Shown: piece after piece, positions 10,504 through 19,113 of the stretch | Layout: every line of letters starts with the position of its first letter | How positions within the stretch are numbered: the stretch's first letter is position 1 | Assembly (NCBI GenBank): GCA_017411435.1 | Contig: JAFQQD010000027.1 | Coordinates: 2,926-66,925 of the forward strand | Reading direction: 5' to 3' | Source of the DNA: Clostridia bacterium | GTDB lineage: Bacteria; Bacillota; Clostridia; UMGS1883 | Length of the DNA: 64,000 bases | The notes under the pieces: generated by a model | Database searches by the model: none | What the model was told of the DNA's origin: nothing | What the model saw: the letters and a program-made list of their open reading frames with translations, nothing else | Made by a program: the position numbers and the translations under genes

Positions 10504-10863
10504 ATGAGGTATAGCAGACAGCGTGAAGCGCTTCTTGATTTACTTCGCTCGACAAAGTCCCATCCGGACGCAGAATGGTTGTATACCGGACTTCGTAAAG
10601 AATATCCCAATATATCGCTCGGTACAGTCTATCGTAATTTAAGGCAGCTGACTGAGGCGGGGGAAATAATTGAATTGTGTTATGGTAACATTTCACATTT
10701 TGACGGTGACATATCACCCCATTATCATATGAAATGTAATAACTGTAACCGAATTTACGATATACCGATATCAAGCGTTTCGATAAACCTCAGCGGTACA
10801 GACAACTTTGAAGTAGACACAATCAATCTCGTCATAAACGGTACTTGTCGGAATTGTCAGTAA
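10504..10863 (+). CDS. perR: Fur-family regulator, PerR-like
   Basis: [26 protein letters not shown] and C-terminal CxxC; upstream of rubrerythrin; ATG 10504 follows AAGGAGG. Confidence 0.85.
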   Translation: MRYSRQREALLDLLRSTKSHPDAEWLYTGLRKEYPNISLGTVYRNLRQLTEAGEIIELCYGNISHFDGDISPHYHMKCNNCNRIYDIPISSVSINLSGTDNFEVDTINLVINGTCRNCQ

Positions 10864-10900
10864 AATAATTAATTTTTATATACGAAAGGAAAAGATTATT

Positions 10901-11488
10901 ATGAAAAAATTTGTATGTTCAGTATGTGGTTATGTTCACGAGGGTACAAATCCTCCCGAGGCTTGTCCCGTATGTAAGGTTCCTGCTGAAAAGTTCAAGG
11001 AAATGCAGGAAGGCGCAGCTCTTGCAGCAGAGCATGAGTATGGCGTATATGCAAAGACAGTAAAAAACAACCCCGATATTTCAGAAGAAGATAAGAAGTA
11101 CATCTTCGAACAGTTGATGGCTAACTTCAACGGCGAATGTAGCGAAGTTGGTATGTACCTTTGCATGGCACGAATTGCTCATCGCGAAGGATATCCTGAA
11201 ATTGGTCTCTACTGGGAAAAGGCAGCTTATGAAGAAGCAGAACACGCTGCAAAGTTTGCAGAGCTTCTCGGCGAAGACCTTGAGCCCAACATGAAGGCTA
11301 CAACAAAAGACAACCTTAAGTGGAGAGTTGACTGTGAATATGGTGCAACTCAGGGTAAGTTTGACCTCGCTTCTTGTGCAAAGAAGAACGGCCTTGATGC
11401 AATCCATGATACAGTTCACGAAATGGCTCGCGACGAAGCTCGACACGGGAAGGCATTAGAAGGTTTGCTCAATAGGTTCTTCAAGTAA
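10901..11488 (+). CDS. rbr: Reverse rubrerythrin (N-terminal rubredoxin site plus di-iron domain); last codons element-derived
   Basis: CSVCGY...CPVC at N-terminus; EAEHA and EARHG di-iron motifs. Confidence 0.93.
   Translation: MKKFVCSVCGYVHEGTNPPEACPVCKVPAEKFKEMQEGAALAAEHEYGVYAKTVKNNPDISEEDKKYIFEQLMANFNGECSEVGMYLCMARIAHREGYPEIGLYWEKAAYEEAEHAAKFAELLGEDLEPNMKATTKDNLKWRVDCEYGATQGKFDLASCAKKNGLDAIHDTVHEMARDEARHGKALEGLLNRFFK
11435..11451 (+). repeat. attL core region
   Basis: GAAGCTCGACACGGGAA; 15/17 match to 24161-24177. Confidence 0.85.
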
Positions 11489-11495
11489 GAAAAAT

Positions 11496-11523
11496 AAAGG
11501 GTTTGGAACACTCCAAACCCTTT
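11496..11523 (+). terminator. Element-supplied terminator for the reconstituted rbr
   Basis: AAAGGGTTTGGA-acac-TCCAAACCCTTT followed by T-rich sequence. Confidence 0.85.
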
Positions 11524-11628
11524 TGTTATGCCACTTTTCTTTAATTTTTACTGTTTAGTTCACGAAACTAAAATTGTTTACTGTTCTTGAGAATTCCAGT
11601 GTGTTTTTTAATGGTTTTTTATGAAAAA

Positions 11629-11699
11629 GTGGGCAGTTGGTGGGCAAAACCCACCAAAAAATCACTCTGCCCACCACAAAAAATGCCATTTGCCCACCA
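11629..11699. repeat. Putative integrase arm-type sites near attL
   Basis: GTGGGCAGTTGGTGGGCAAAA 11629-11649 (exact copy at 24080-24100); inverted TGCCCACCA at 11668 and 11691. Confidence 0.7.
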
Positions 11700-11707
11700 A
11701 AGTATTG

Positions 11708-12286
11708 TCAAGTATTACTGTTTATAAACCCTTTGACTTCACTTTTTGCTCTGTTGTTTTCCCTATCAACCTTTAATTCTTTTGAGATAGATATTCTCCC
11801 TATCACTTCTTGTATATCAAGTCTTTTTCTTTCTTCAAAACAATATTCTACTGCATACATAAAGTTTAAATCATAAAACTTGGAATAATACTTGGGGTTA
11901 ATAACAACATATTTATTTCTTCCAATCTTATAAAATGCTATCAAGTTTAGTCTTTCAAGCATATTTAATGTATTATATGTATGTACCACAGAATAACCCA
12001 TTTTTTCTGCAATTTCTTTTATTGAAAGTTTCAAAAGGTTTGTATCTGGTTCTATATGCTTGACATTGATATTTACAAGTAGAATAAAAAAGTTTGTGTA
12101 TTTTCTATCTACACCCAATTTGTTTACAAGAAAATCTAATGCAGTAATATGTATCTTCATAAACTTTCTTTTGTCTTTTTTCTTTTTCTCTGGAAGAACA
12201 ATAGTAGAATACCCTTTACTGTTAATGCTAAAAAGTTCTTTCCAGATTTCATTATGTTCAAGACCACTGATTTGTTTCATATACAC
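11708..12286 (-). CDS. RepL-like winged-helix replication/maintenance protein
   Basis: SIKEIAEKMGYS...TLNMLE HTH followed by G...YVVINP, as in Firmicute RepL-type proteins. Confidence 0.55.
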   Translation of the reverse strand: MYMKQISGLEHNEIWKELFSINSKGYSTIVLPEKKKKDKRKFMKIHITALDFLVNKLGVDRKYTNFFILLVNINVKHIEPDTNLLKLSIKEIAEKMGYSVVHTYNTLNMLERLNLIAFYKIGRNKYVVINPKYYSKFYDLNFMYAVEYCFEERKRLDIQEVIGRISISKELKVDRENNRAKSEVKGFINSNT

Positions 12287-12423
12287 CCCCTAACAAGAGA
12301 AAACTTAAACTGAACTTTATATAAACATAAAATACAGTTTATATTTAAAAATCTTTGAAATGCCCACTGTTGCTTAATTTGTGAGCATTTTTTAATTTTT
12401 GTTATTCTTACTCTTATTAGTAT

Positions 12424-12849
12424 TTATTCTATATCTGCTATGTCAACTAAATCATTTTTGAAAACAAAACAAATCTCTTTTAAATCTCTACACTCTGTTA
12501 TTACATACTCAATGTTGAGAACCCTAAAATAAGTTTGAAAAAAAGCAAAAACTTCTGGAAACCAATTCCTAATTTTTAAAATACCATTTGAAAAATAAAT
12601 GTCTGCATTGTCATACATACTACTTGCATACTCTGCAATGTATTCAACAAGTCTGTATTGATTCACTGCAATAAAACCTTTAATGTTTTCTACTACACCT
12701 TTTTGTAAAAGAGAAGAAACAACATAAGAAATATTTGGTTGAGTGCAACCTATACACTTTGACATTTCTTCTTGGTTAAAATGAAATTGTTTGTTGTTTA
12801 GTAGTGATAATGTTAAAATCTCACTGCTATTTATGAAAAATGCTCCCAT
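12424..12849 (-). CDS. Small winged-helix (MarR-like) DNA-binding protein
   Basis: NQEEMSKCIGCTQPNISYVVSSLLQKGVV; ATG at 12849 follows AAGGAGGTG. Confidence 0.6.
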   Translation of the reverse strand: MGAFFINSSEILTLSLLNNKQFHFNQEEMSKCIGCTQPNISYVVSSLLQKGVVENIKGFIAVNQYRLVEYIAEYASSMYDNADIYFSNGILKIRNWFPEVFAFFQTYFRVLNIEYVITECRDLKEICFVFKNDLVDIADIE

Positions 12850-12977
12850 TTTCCACCTCCTTAAAAATAATATAATTTTGAGTTTATACAAATATAAATC
12901 TCTTTATAATTGTTTTAACACCATTTTATATTACTGTCAAATTATAAAAATATTTATATTTTGGTAAAGGTTTTGAT

Positions 12978-13124
12978 GGACTGCTTAAAAGATACTTTGA
13001 AACAAAACTGGTAAAAAAATCACAAAACTAAATCTGGACCGGTTCTGTGTTAGATTTAATTTCTGCAAAAAATAACCAGTTTTCAAAATAGGGGTTCAAA
13101 GGTCTGTTAGATAGATATTTTGAA
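12978..13124 (+). repeat. 147-bp structured direct repeat, copy A
   Basis: 3 mismatches to 20267-20413; nested inverted arms AAACTGGT/ACCAGTTT and TAAATCT/AGATTTA. Confidence 0.92.
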
Positions 13125-13130
13125 ATAAAA

Positions 13131-13161
13131 AAACTACCAACTGAAAAACAGTTGATAGTTT
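13131..13161 (-). terminator. Intrinsic terminator
   Basis: AAACTACCAACTG-aaaaa-CAGTTGATAGTTT hairpin at the 3' end of 13166-13642. Confidence 0.65.
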
Positions 13162-13165
13162 GCTT

Positions 13166-13642
13166 TTAATCTTCTATTGGTCTTGGAGAAATATTAAAAA
13201 TCTCTTTCTTTTTTCTTCTGGCATAGGTAAAGGTTCTGTATGCTCCCCCATAGTGCCTTTCTATATAGCAAATAACATACTCACAGTTATCTACAACATA
13301 CTCATTTCCTTTTATGATTTGAAACTTCTGGGGAGTGTTCAAGGGTATATCTGCCATAAGAATATTATCATAATCTTTATAATACAGTTCCTTGTATTCA
13401 TTTATGCCTTTGGTTATGTATGGTATAACCAACTCTAATTTTATATCAGTATAAGTTTTCTGCAACTCTCTTATAACAGAAGAAGAACACCCATCAAATC
13501 TGCCATAATGCCCAACCCAGAACTCACTGACATTATGATTTAAAATCAAATCTTCTGCTATTGCTTTTATTTTTTCTCTTGTTTCTTCTGGGTAAGTAAT
13601 ATCACTATGCCCACAGAAACAACACCTTTTTATATTTTCCAT
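13166..13642 (-). CDS. SLOG-superfamily protein (DUF1273/YspA-like)
   Basis: CCFCGH N-terminus; F.VG.YG.FD, N.YVVD and GGAY.T..YA motifs. Confidence 0.7.
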   Translation of the reverse strand: MENIKRCCFCGHSDITYPEETREKIKAIAEDLILNHNVSEFWVGHYGRFDGCSSSVIRELQKTYTDIKLELVIPYITKGINEYKELYYKDYDNILMADIPLNTPQKFQIIKGNEYVVDNCEYVICYIERHYGGAYRTFTYARRKKKEIFNISPRPIED

Positions 13643-13770
13643 AATTACACCTTGCTAAAATACTAAAACTTCCTTGACACAGAAGTTTTATTTTATTATA
13701 CATAATAATCTTTTATTTGTAAATAGTTTATAATTATATATATAAAATAATTATGTAGATAGGTGTTTTT

Positions 13771-14019
13771 ATGAACTATTATAATGAAAAAGAATATCAA
13801 ATGTTTATAATAAAAGTTGGGTTAAAAGTTGGTTATTACAGAAGACTTGCAAATATGACACAAGAGCAGTTGAGTGAAAGCAGTGGTATGTCATTAAACT
13901 TTATTTCTCAATTAGAAGGTCCTTCTGCTCCTTATGTTCCTTCCCTAAAATCACTATTTAAAATAAGTAAAGTGTTAGGTGTTCCAATAAATAAATTAGT
14001 AGATGTAGATAATGATTAA
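13771..14019 (+). CDS. XRE-family HTH regulator
   Basis: YRRLANMTQEQLSE...ISQLE...PSLKSLFKISKVLGV. Confidence 0.88.
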   Translation: MNYYNEKEYQMFIIKVGLKVGYYRRLANMTQEQLSESSGMSLNFISQLEGPSAPYVPSLKSLFKISKVLGVPINKLVDVDND

Positions 14020-14042
14020 AGACTGCCAATGAGCAGTCTTTT

Positions 14043-15044
14043 TTAACTATATAAATAAATCTGTTTCAGGTCCTTTCTTTCCCCACTATGAGATAAGTGC
14101 CTTTGAATAACCATACTTTCTGCTTTTTCTTTACTCCACCCTTTATCAAGATAATATTGTAGTGCAATCTGGCAGTGATATTTTCTAAATTGGTGGTTTT
14201 TCCCACTGACTTCTAACCCCAATTCTTTTGTGATTTTTCTTATTTCATTACTCATAATTTGCCTTGTTGCTTTTGTGTCCTTTGGTAAGTCAAAAAGTCT
14301 GTCAGTTGGGTTCTTGCCTTGTTTCAGTTCTTCAAAAAAACTTCTGTATTCTGGGAGTATAATTCTATAACTATCTTTGCCACCTTTACCTACAATATGA
14401 ACAGTAGAATAAGTGTCTATTCTTCCATCTTTGGTAGTGGTGGTATAGGTATGAGTGTCAAGGTTAATATCTTCTGCTTTTATATTTATGAGTTCAGAAA
14501 CTCTGCAACCTAAAAATGCCATTGTCTTAATCTCATTTTGTCTGTTCCCTTTGTAGTTGCATATCTGTATAATTTCAGTATTTGTGTAAGTTCTTGCAGA
14601 ATTAGTTTTATATGTATCTTCCACCTTGTGTGCCTTTACTTCTTGTGTATAAAACTGCTCACAACCAAACTTTTTGGAACAAGCAATAGAAACTTTTTCC
14701 AACATATTTTTGTATGCAGCAACAGTTTTTTTACTGCAACCTTGTTTTGTGTTCAAATATTCCAGACACATTTTTGGTGTGATTTCTTTAACCATTTTTA
14801 TGTTGTAGTTTTCTTTCAAGAACTTAACAAAGTTTTTGCTTTTCTCTGCCAAGCATTGTGCAGTTCTTTGAGAAAATACATAGTTAATGCTTGTCCCATT
14901 TTTCTTAAACTCCCTTTTGCCAACACTTGAAAAATGAGTGCCATTTTCTCTGTTGTAAATCTCTGTTCTTTTTTCTTGATTTTGCATATTTATTTCTGCA
15001 AGTGCAGTGTGTATTTGATAACCCAAAGACTTATTTTTGCCCAT
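14043..15044 (-). CDS. Second tyrosine recombinase (candidate recombinase-type relaxase)
   Basis: GCRVSEL (R), GKGGK (K), HQFR (HxxR), LSH and terminal Y; no recognisable arm-binding domain. Confidence 0.8.
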   Translation of the reverse strand: MGKNKSLGYQIHTALAEINMQNQEKRTEIYNRENGTHFSSVGKREFKKNGTSINYVFSQRTAQCLAEKSKNFVKFLKENYNIKMVKEITPKMCLEYLNTKQGCSKKTVAAYKNMLEKVSIACSKKFGCEQFYTQEVKAHKVEDTYKTNSARTYTNTEIIQICNYKGNRQNEIKTMAFLGCRVSELINIKAEDINLDTHTYTTTTKDGRIDTYSTVHIVGKGGKDSYRIILPEYRSFFEELKQGKNPTDRLFDLPKDTKATRQIMSNEIRKITKELGLEVSGKNHQFRKYHCQIALQYYLDKGWSKEKAESMVIQRHLSHSGERKDLKQIYLYS

Positions 15045-15073
15045 TTTGAAAATACCCCCTTTTTAATCTGTAT

Positions 15074-15609
15074 TCACTGAAAATGGCAACATTTTCAGTG
15101 ATTTTTCCATAAAAAATGATTTTACACATTTTTTATAATTTTTTTCCTATTAAATACATTTTATTCCTTTTTATTTCTTTTTTCTGGTGCAGTGCAAAAT
15201 TGTTTAGGTTTAAATCAACCTAACCAATTTTGCAACAAAGTTTGGTATAATAAAAACCGGTTTTTTATTATACCAAATATGTGCAAAAAAAATCTGCTAC
15301 AACCAATAGCAGATTTTATCTGTCTTTTGAAAAATCACTCTTTGACTTTTTATAAGTTTAGTATGGCAGTTGCCACAAAGAACTTTTAAAAAGTCCCAAA
15401 AATAATTTATGATAAACACCACAAGTGGTGGAAAGAAAAATTATTTTTCCCTTGTTTCCTTATCAAGAGAAAATGTCTTTTGTGGGAAAGACAAAGAGTG
15501 TAAGAGTGATTTTTTCCAAAAGTTGTGTATAAGTAAAAAGTTTTAATATTATATAGTCTATCTGTAAGTTAAAACTTTATTGTTGCGAGTGCAAGAGTTC
15601 TGCTCTTGC
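15074..15609. other. Non-coding cluster of inverted repeats (candidate oriT/origin)
   Basis: IRs at 15074-15101, 15193-15234, 15241-15277, 15289-15317 and 15591-15609, plus shorter ones; no credible ORF. Confidence 0.55.
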
Positions 15610-15702
15610 TTTTTCTTTTTAAGAAAGGTCTGTTGGGAGTGTATATAAATGAAACCATTTATATTATTGTAGATAAAAAGTAAATACCCTTTTTTACATA
15701 AG

Positions 15703-15733
15703 CAAAGGAGCAGATTTTTTGTCTGCTCCTTTT
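15703..15733 (-). terminator. Terminator of the Xre regulator gene
   Basis: AAAGGAGCAGA-7nt-TCTGCTCCTTT. Confidence 0.7.
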
Positions 15734-15740
15734 GTCATTT

Positions 15741-16793
15741 TTATTTTATATATGAAATCAGTAAATCAGTTAATTTAACTCTAAAACTTTCAATGTCTGT
15801 TTCTGTTGCAGAGAATAAAGGGGAGAAATCAACATTGATAGCATTAACAAACTTATCTTTTCCATTTGTGCAGTTGTCTATCAGTTTTAAAACACTTTCT
15901 GGCATATTGCCATTTTTTAAAGATTGCAGTTTGTTGTAAAAGTCCCTACTGCTTATAGGTGCTCCTTGACTGATAAAATTACTTTGAAAATTGTTGTCAG
16001 TGTAATTTTCAACAACCTTTGCAATTTTATCAAAAATGTTTTCATAACCATAACTTTCTAACTCATTGTAAATGTCTGCATAAATCTGGTCATAGTCTTT
16101 TCTTTGTCTTTCTTCCAGTTCCAGACAGACAAGCAGTGAAAACAAAGTGGAGTATCTTATCTTATTATTAGTAAGAATATCATTGACAATGCAGTTAATG
16201 TCCTTGTCAGTTAGTTCATATTTGATACACCAATAAGGGTAGTTGCCCAAGTCCTTGTATTTCTCTGTATCAAGACCAACATACACTTCATTTGCTACTT
16301 TTATACTTGTTTTCAGTTTTATGTGCTTGTTGCCATTAAGTTTTTGCAGTGCAACAGTCCAGGCAGTAAAAGTGTCAGTTTCTTCTATACTCCTTAATAT
16401 TCTTCTTTCAAGAGCATTACTCAAAGTAATATACTGATACTTCATATAATATGCCTTAACCCAGTCTTGATTTTGCAGATTTTCTATTTCTGCATTTGCC
16501 CCATACAAATATTTTTCCAAGTGCATAATCACAAATTGGTCTATGGGCATAGTTTCCCAACCCACCTTGTTTTTGTATATTTCAAAGAAATTATTAAGAG
16601 TGTCAGTTGTGATACTGTTGCTCCCAGTTGCCTTTTCAAGATTTTTATATGTGTTGAGTTTCATACCCAAAAGTTCTGCCATATCTTCTGCCATAAGATT
16701 TATGTCTTTTCTCATATCTTTAAGGTGCTTTTTCAGTTCTGGTGTCAAATCATACTTTACACCTTGTGTAATATTTCTGCTTTCAGTTCCCAT
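15741..16793 (-). CDS. Large XRE-HTH regulator (probable element repressor) with unknown C-terminal domain
   Basis: LKDMRKDINLMAEDMAELLGMKLNTYKNLE; divergent from xis-int. Confidence 0.72.
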   Translation of the reverse strand: MGTESRNITQGVKYDLTPELKKHLKDMRKDINLMAEDMAELLGMKLNTYKNLEKATGSNSITTDTLNNFFEIYKNKVGWETMPIDQFVIMHLEKYLYGANAEIENLQNQDWVKAYYMKYQYITLSNALERRILRSIEETDTFTAWTVALQKLNGNKHIKLKTSIKVANEVYVGLDTEKYKDLGNYPYWCIKYELTDKDINCIVNDILTNNKIRYSTLFSLLVCLELEERQRKDYDQIYADIYNELESYGYENIFDKIAKVVENYTDNNFQSNFISQGAPISSRDFYNKLQSLKNGNMPESVLKLIDNCTNGKDKFVNAINVDFSPLFSATETDIESFRVKLTDLLISYIK

Positions 16794-16827
16794 TTTGGTT
16801 GTCTCCTTTCCTTATTATATATTATAT

Positions 16828-16975
16828 ACTATACACCAAAAAATCTATTCTGTCAAGTCAAAAATACAAAAATAACACCCCAAGTGTTTTGGAATAAAAA
16901 ATATTTTAAAAATATTTCAAAAAACCATTGACACAATAATTTTTGTATGTTATAATATAAAACACTGAGGGTGTT
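16828..16975. promoter_or_regulatory. Divergent sigma-A promoters with two inverted 15-bp operators
   Basis: Plus strand: TTGACA 16928, 17 bp, TATAAT 16951. Minus strand: TTGACA (16856-16851), 17 bp, TATAGT. Operators AACACCCCAAGTGTT 16874-16888 and AACACTGAGGGTGTT 16961-16975 (13/15 as reverse complements). Confidence 0.8.
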
Positions 16976-17041
16976 AAAATGAAACATTGAAAACAAAATG
17001 TATTGTTTTAACATCATAATTTCAAAAAAGGGAGTGATTAA

Positions 17042-17254
17042 ATGACAACTTCAAGACTTGTGTTAAGTGTTTGTGAAGTAGCAAAGATATTAGGTGTCAA
17101 TAAGGGTTCAGTTTATGCCTTAATACATAGTGGAGCATTATCTGCTATAAAGTTTGGAACATACAAAGTTCCTTCTTTTGAAGTAGATAATTTTCTTCAC
17201 AAGTATTCTGGTTGTGATTTAACTGACCTTAATAATATAAAAACATTAAATTAA
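17042..17254 (+). CDS. xis: Excisionase (HTH_17/MerR-like)
   Basis: LSVCEVAKILGVNKGSVYALIHSGAL.A.KFG; directly upstream of int. Confidence 0.85.
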   Translation: MTTSRLVLSVCEVAKILGVNKGSVYALIHSGALSAIKFGTYKVPSFEVDNFLHKYSGCDLTDLNNIKTLN

Positions 17255-17271
17255 GAAAAGGAGTGTTGAAA

Positions 17272-18492
17272 ATGGCAGAAAAGATTTATGAAGGAACAAG
17301 ATTTAAGGGTGGTAGTTGGAGATACAGAATAAAAATGACACTGCCCAATGGTACAAAAATTAACAAAGAAAAAGCAGGTTTCAAAAGTTCTTATGAGGCA
17401 AGTCAAGCAAGAATTGAAGAGATTGGCAGAATAAAACTCACAAACTTTGTTGAGAAAAAGATAACTTTAAATGAAATGTATAGTCTTTACTTGAAAGAAA
17501 GTGCAACAAAGCAGAAGAGTTATAACACAGTGTTAAGGTATAATTCCATATACAAAAACCATATTGAAAATAGTCTTGGAGAAATGTATGTGGCAAGAAT
17601 ACAACCACTTGACATTACACATTTCTTAAATGAAAAGGCAGAGCAGTATAAGACTGACTACCCTTTGAGTATGTATAACTTTTTCTTGGTTCTCTTTGAT
17701 TTTGCAAGAAAGCATAAGTATATAAATGAAGATATTATGGCATTGGTTGAAAGACCAAGACCTTACACAAGACCAGAAAAGGTGTTGCTAACCCCAGAAG
17801 AGTTTAATGCTCTTGAAAAAAGGTTAATGTCAACAAATGTGCAAGTTGCTTTTACCATAGGAAAAAATAGTGGTTTAAGGGCAAGTGAAGTATATGGGTT
17901 AAGGTGGAGTGATTTTGACTTTGAAAACAACACTTTTGAAGTTAAAAGACAACTTCAAAAAAGGGAAATCAAAGAAGGTGGCAAAGTCTGGCATTTAGTT
18001 CCAGTGAAAACCACAAAAAGTGAAAGAACCATTTATTTTGGAGAAGAGTTTTCCCAGTATATGCAGTTTGTGAAGAAAATGCAAGAAGAAAACAGAAAAA
18101 GACTTGGTAAGTTCTATAAGAGCAACATAATAAATGCTGCAATGGACAAAAATCACCCAGAAATTGTGGAGATTTGGAATGTTGAAGATTTTGTCTGTGT
18201 AAAAGAAAATGGTGCAATGCTTTCTCCAGATAGCAACAAGGTTATTAGCAGAATTGCAAAAGAAATGGGTTTAAAGTTTAACTTCCATTTGTTAAGACAC
18301 TACTATGCAAGTGCCTTACAACAAAATGGTGTTGATATTACAGTTATTAGAGATTGTCTGGGACACTCTAATTTAAGAACCTTGCTTGAAGTCTATTCAC
18401 ATTGCAATGAAGAACAAAGAAGAAGTGCAGGAGCATTGATTGACAGTCTTATGGGTGCTAAAAATCTTATGCCAGAACCAGTGGCAGAGTAA
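17272..18492 (+). CDS. int: Tyrosine integrase with N-terminal arm-binding region
   Basis: GGSWRYRI...GF N-terminus; GLRASE, HLLRH, LGH and VYSH catalytic motifs; ATG 17272 after AAGGAG. Confidence 0.95.
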   Translation: MAEKIYEGTRFKGGSWRYRIKMTLPNGTKINKEKAGFKSSYEASQARIEEIGRIKLTNFVEKKITLNEMYSLYLKESATKQKSYNTVLRYNSIYKNHIENSLGEMYVARIQPLDITHFLNEKAEQYKTDYPLSMYNFFLVLFDFARKHKYINEDIMALVERPRPYTRPEKVLLTPEEFNALEKRLMSTNVQVAFTIGKNSGLRASEVYGLRWSDFDFENNTFEVKRQLQKREIKEGGKVWHLVPVKTTKSERTIYFGEEFSQYMQFVKKMQEENRKRLGKFYKSNIINAAMDKNHPEIVEIWNVEDFVCVKENGAMLSPDSNKVISRIAKEMGLKFNFHLLRHYYASALQQNGVDITVIRDCLGHSNLRTLLEVYSHCNEEQRRSAGALIDSLMGAKNLMPEPVAE

Positions 18493-18513
18493 AGGGTGGT
18501 ATTTCCACCCTTT
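18491..18513 (+). terminator. Hairpin after int
   Basis: AAAGGGTGG-tattt-CCACCCTTT. Confidence 0.6.
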
Positions 18514-18600
18514 ACCTTCTCAAGAGTTGATAATGAAGATACTGTAAATAGTGTTTTCTTTGTTATATATAGAACACAAAAATTAAAAAAATAATTAAAA

Positions 18601-18656
18601 AAGGAGGAGTAGCAGTCAATAGTGGTGTTCCTTTTGCAACTGCTACAAAAGAAAAT
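18601..18656 (+). repeat. SD-hairpin leader, variant 0
   Basis: AAGGAGGA-GTAGCAGT..22 nt..ACTGCTAC-AAAAGAAAAT-ATG. Confidence 0.6.
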
Positions 18657-19094
18657 ATGGAAGTAAAAAAAATCAAAGAATTAGCAAAAGAAAACTTTGA
18701 AAAAGGTTTTTGGGAAAGACATTTTAATTATGCCAGAACCAGTGAAGAAAACCAAAAATGTATGTTGGAAATCATTGAGAAAACTAAAAAAGTTTATGAT
18801 TTGGTTGAAAGTGAAAGTGTTTCATTTGAAGAAAAGTTGAATATGCTTTTTGAAATTGCAGAGAAAGTTTTTGAATATGATTTTGGAATCTGTTTGACAG
18901 AGTGGAAAAAGTATAGTGGCAATATAAATGAGTGTTTACATATAATTGAAATTGATAAAAATGCTCCATATCTAACCCAGTCAAAAAATAGTTTAACTGA
19001 TATTAAAAGCAAAACCTTGTATGGTGCAATAGTTTCCATAAATGTAGGTCTGCTAAAAGAAATATATTTTAATATGAAAGGAGAGTGGGAGTAA
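18657..19094 (+). CDS. Hypothetical protein (cassette 1)
   Basis: 145-aa ORF; its last codons and stop (KGEWE*) are encoded by the next leader repeat. Confidence 0.75.
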   Translation: MEVKKIKELAKENFEKGFWERHFNYARTSEENQKCMLEIIEKTKKVYDLVESESVSFEEKLNMLFEIAEKVFEYDFGICLTEWKKYSGNINECLHIIEIDKNAPYLTQSKNSLTDIKSKTLYGAIVSINVGLLKEIYFNMKGEWE

Positions 19095-19108
19095 ATCTCC
19101 CACAACAA
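19078..19108 (+). repeat. SD-hairpin leader 1
   Basis: AAGGAGA-GTGGGAG-taaat-CTCCCAC-AACAA. Confidence 0.85.
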
Positions 19109-19113
19109 GAAAA

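Noticed and set aside
11591-11596. GAATTC as the avoided target of the EcoRI-family MTase system
   Set aside because: GAATTC is present in the element and common in the host; family membership does not fix specificity
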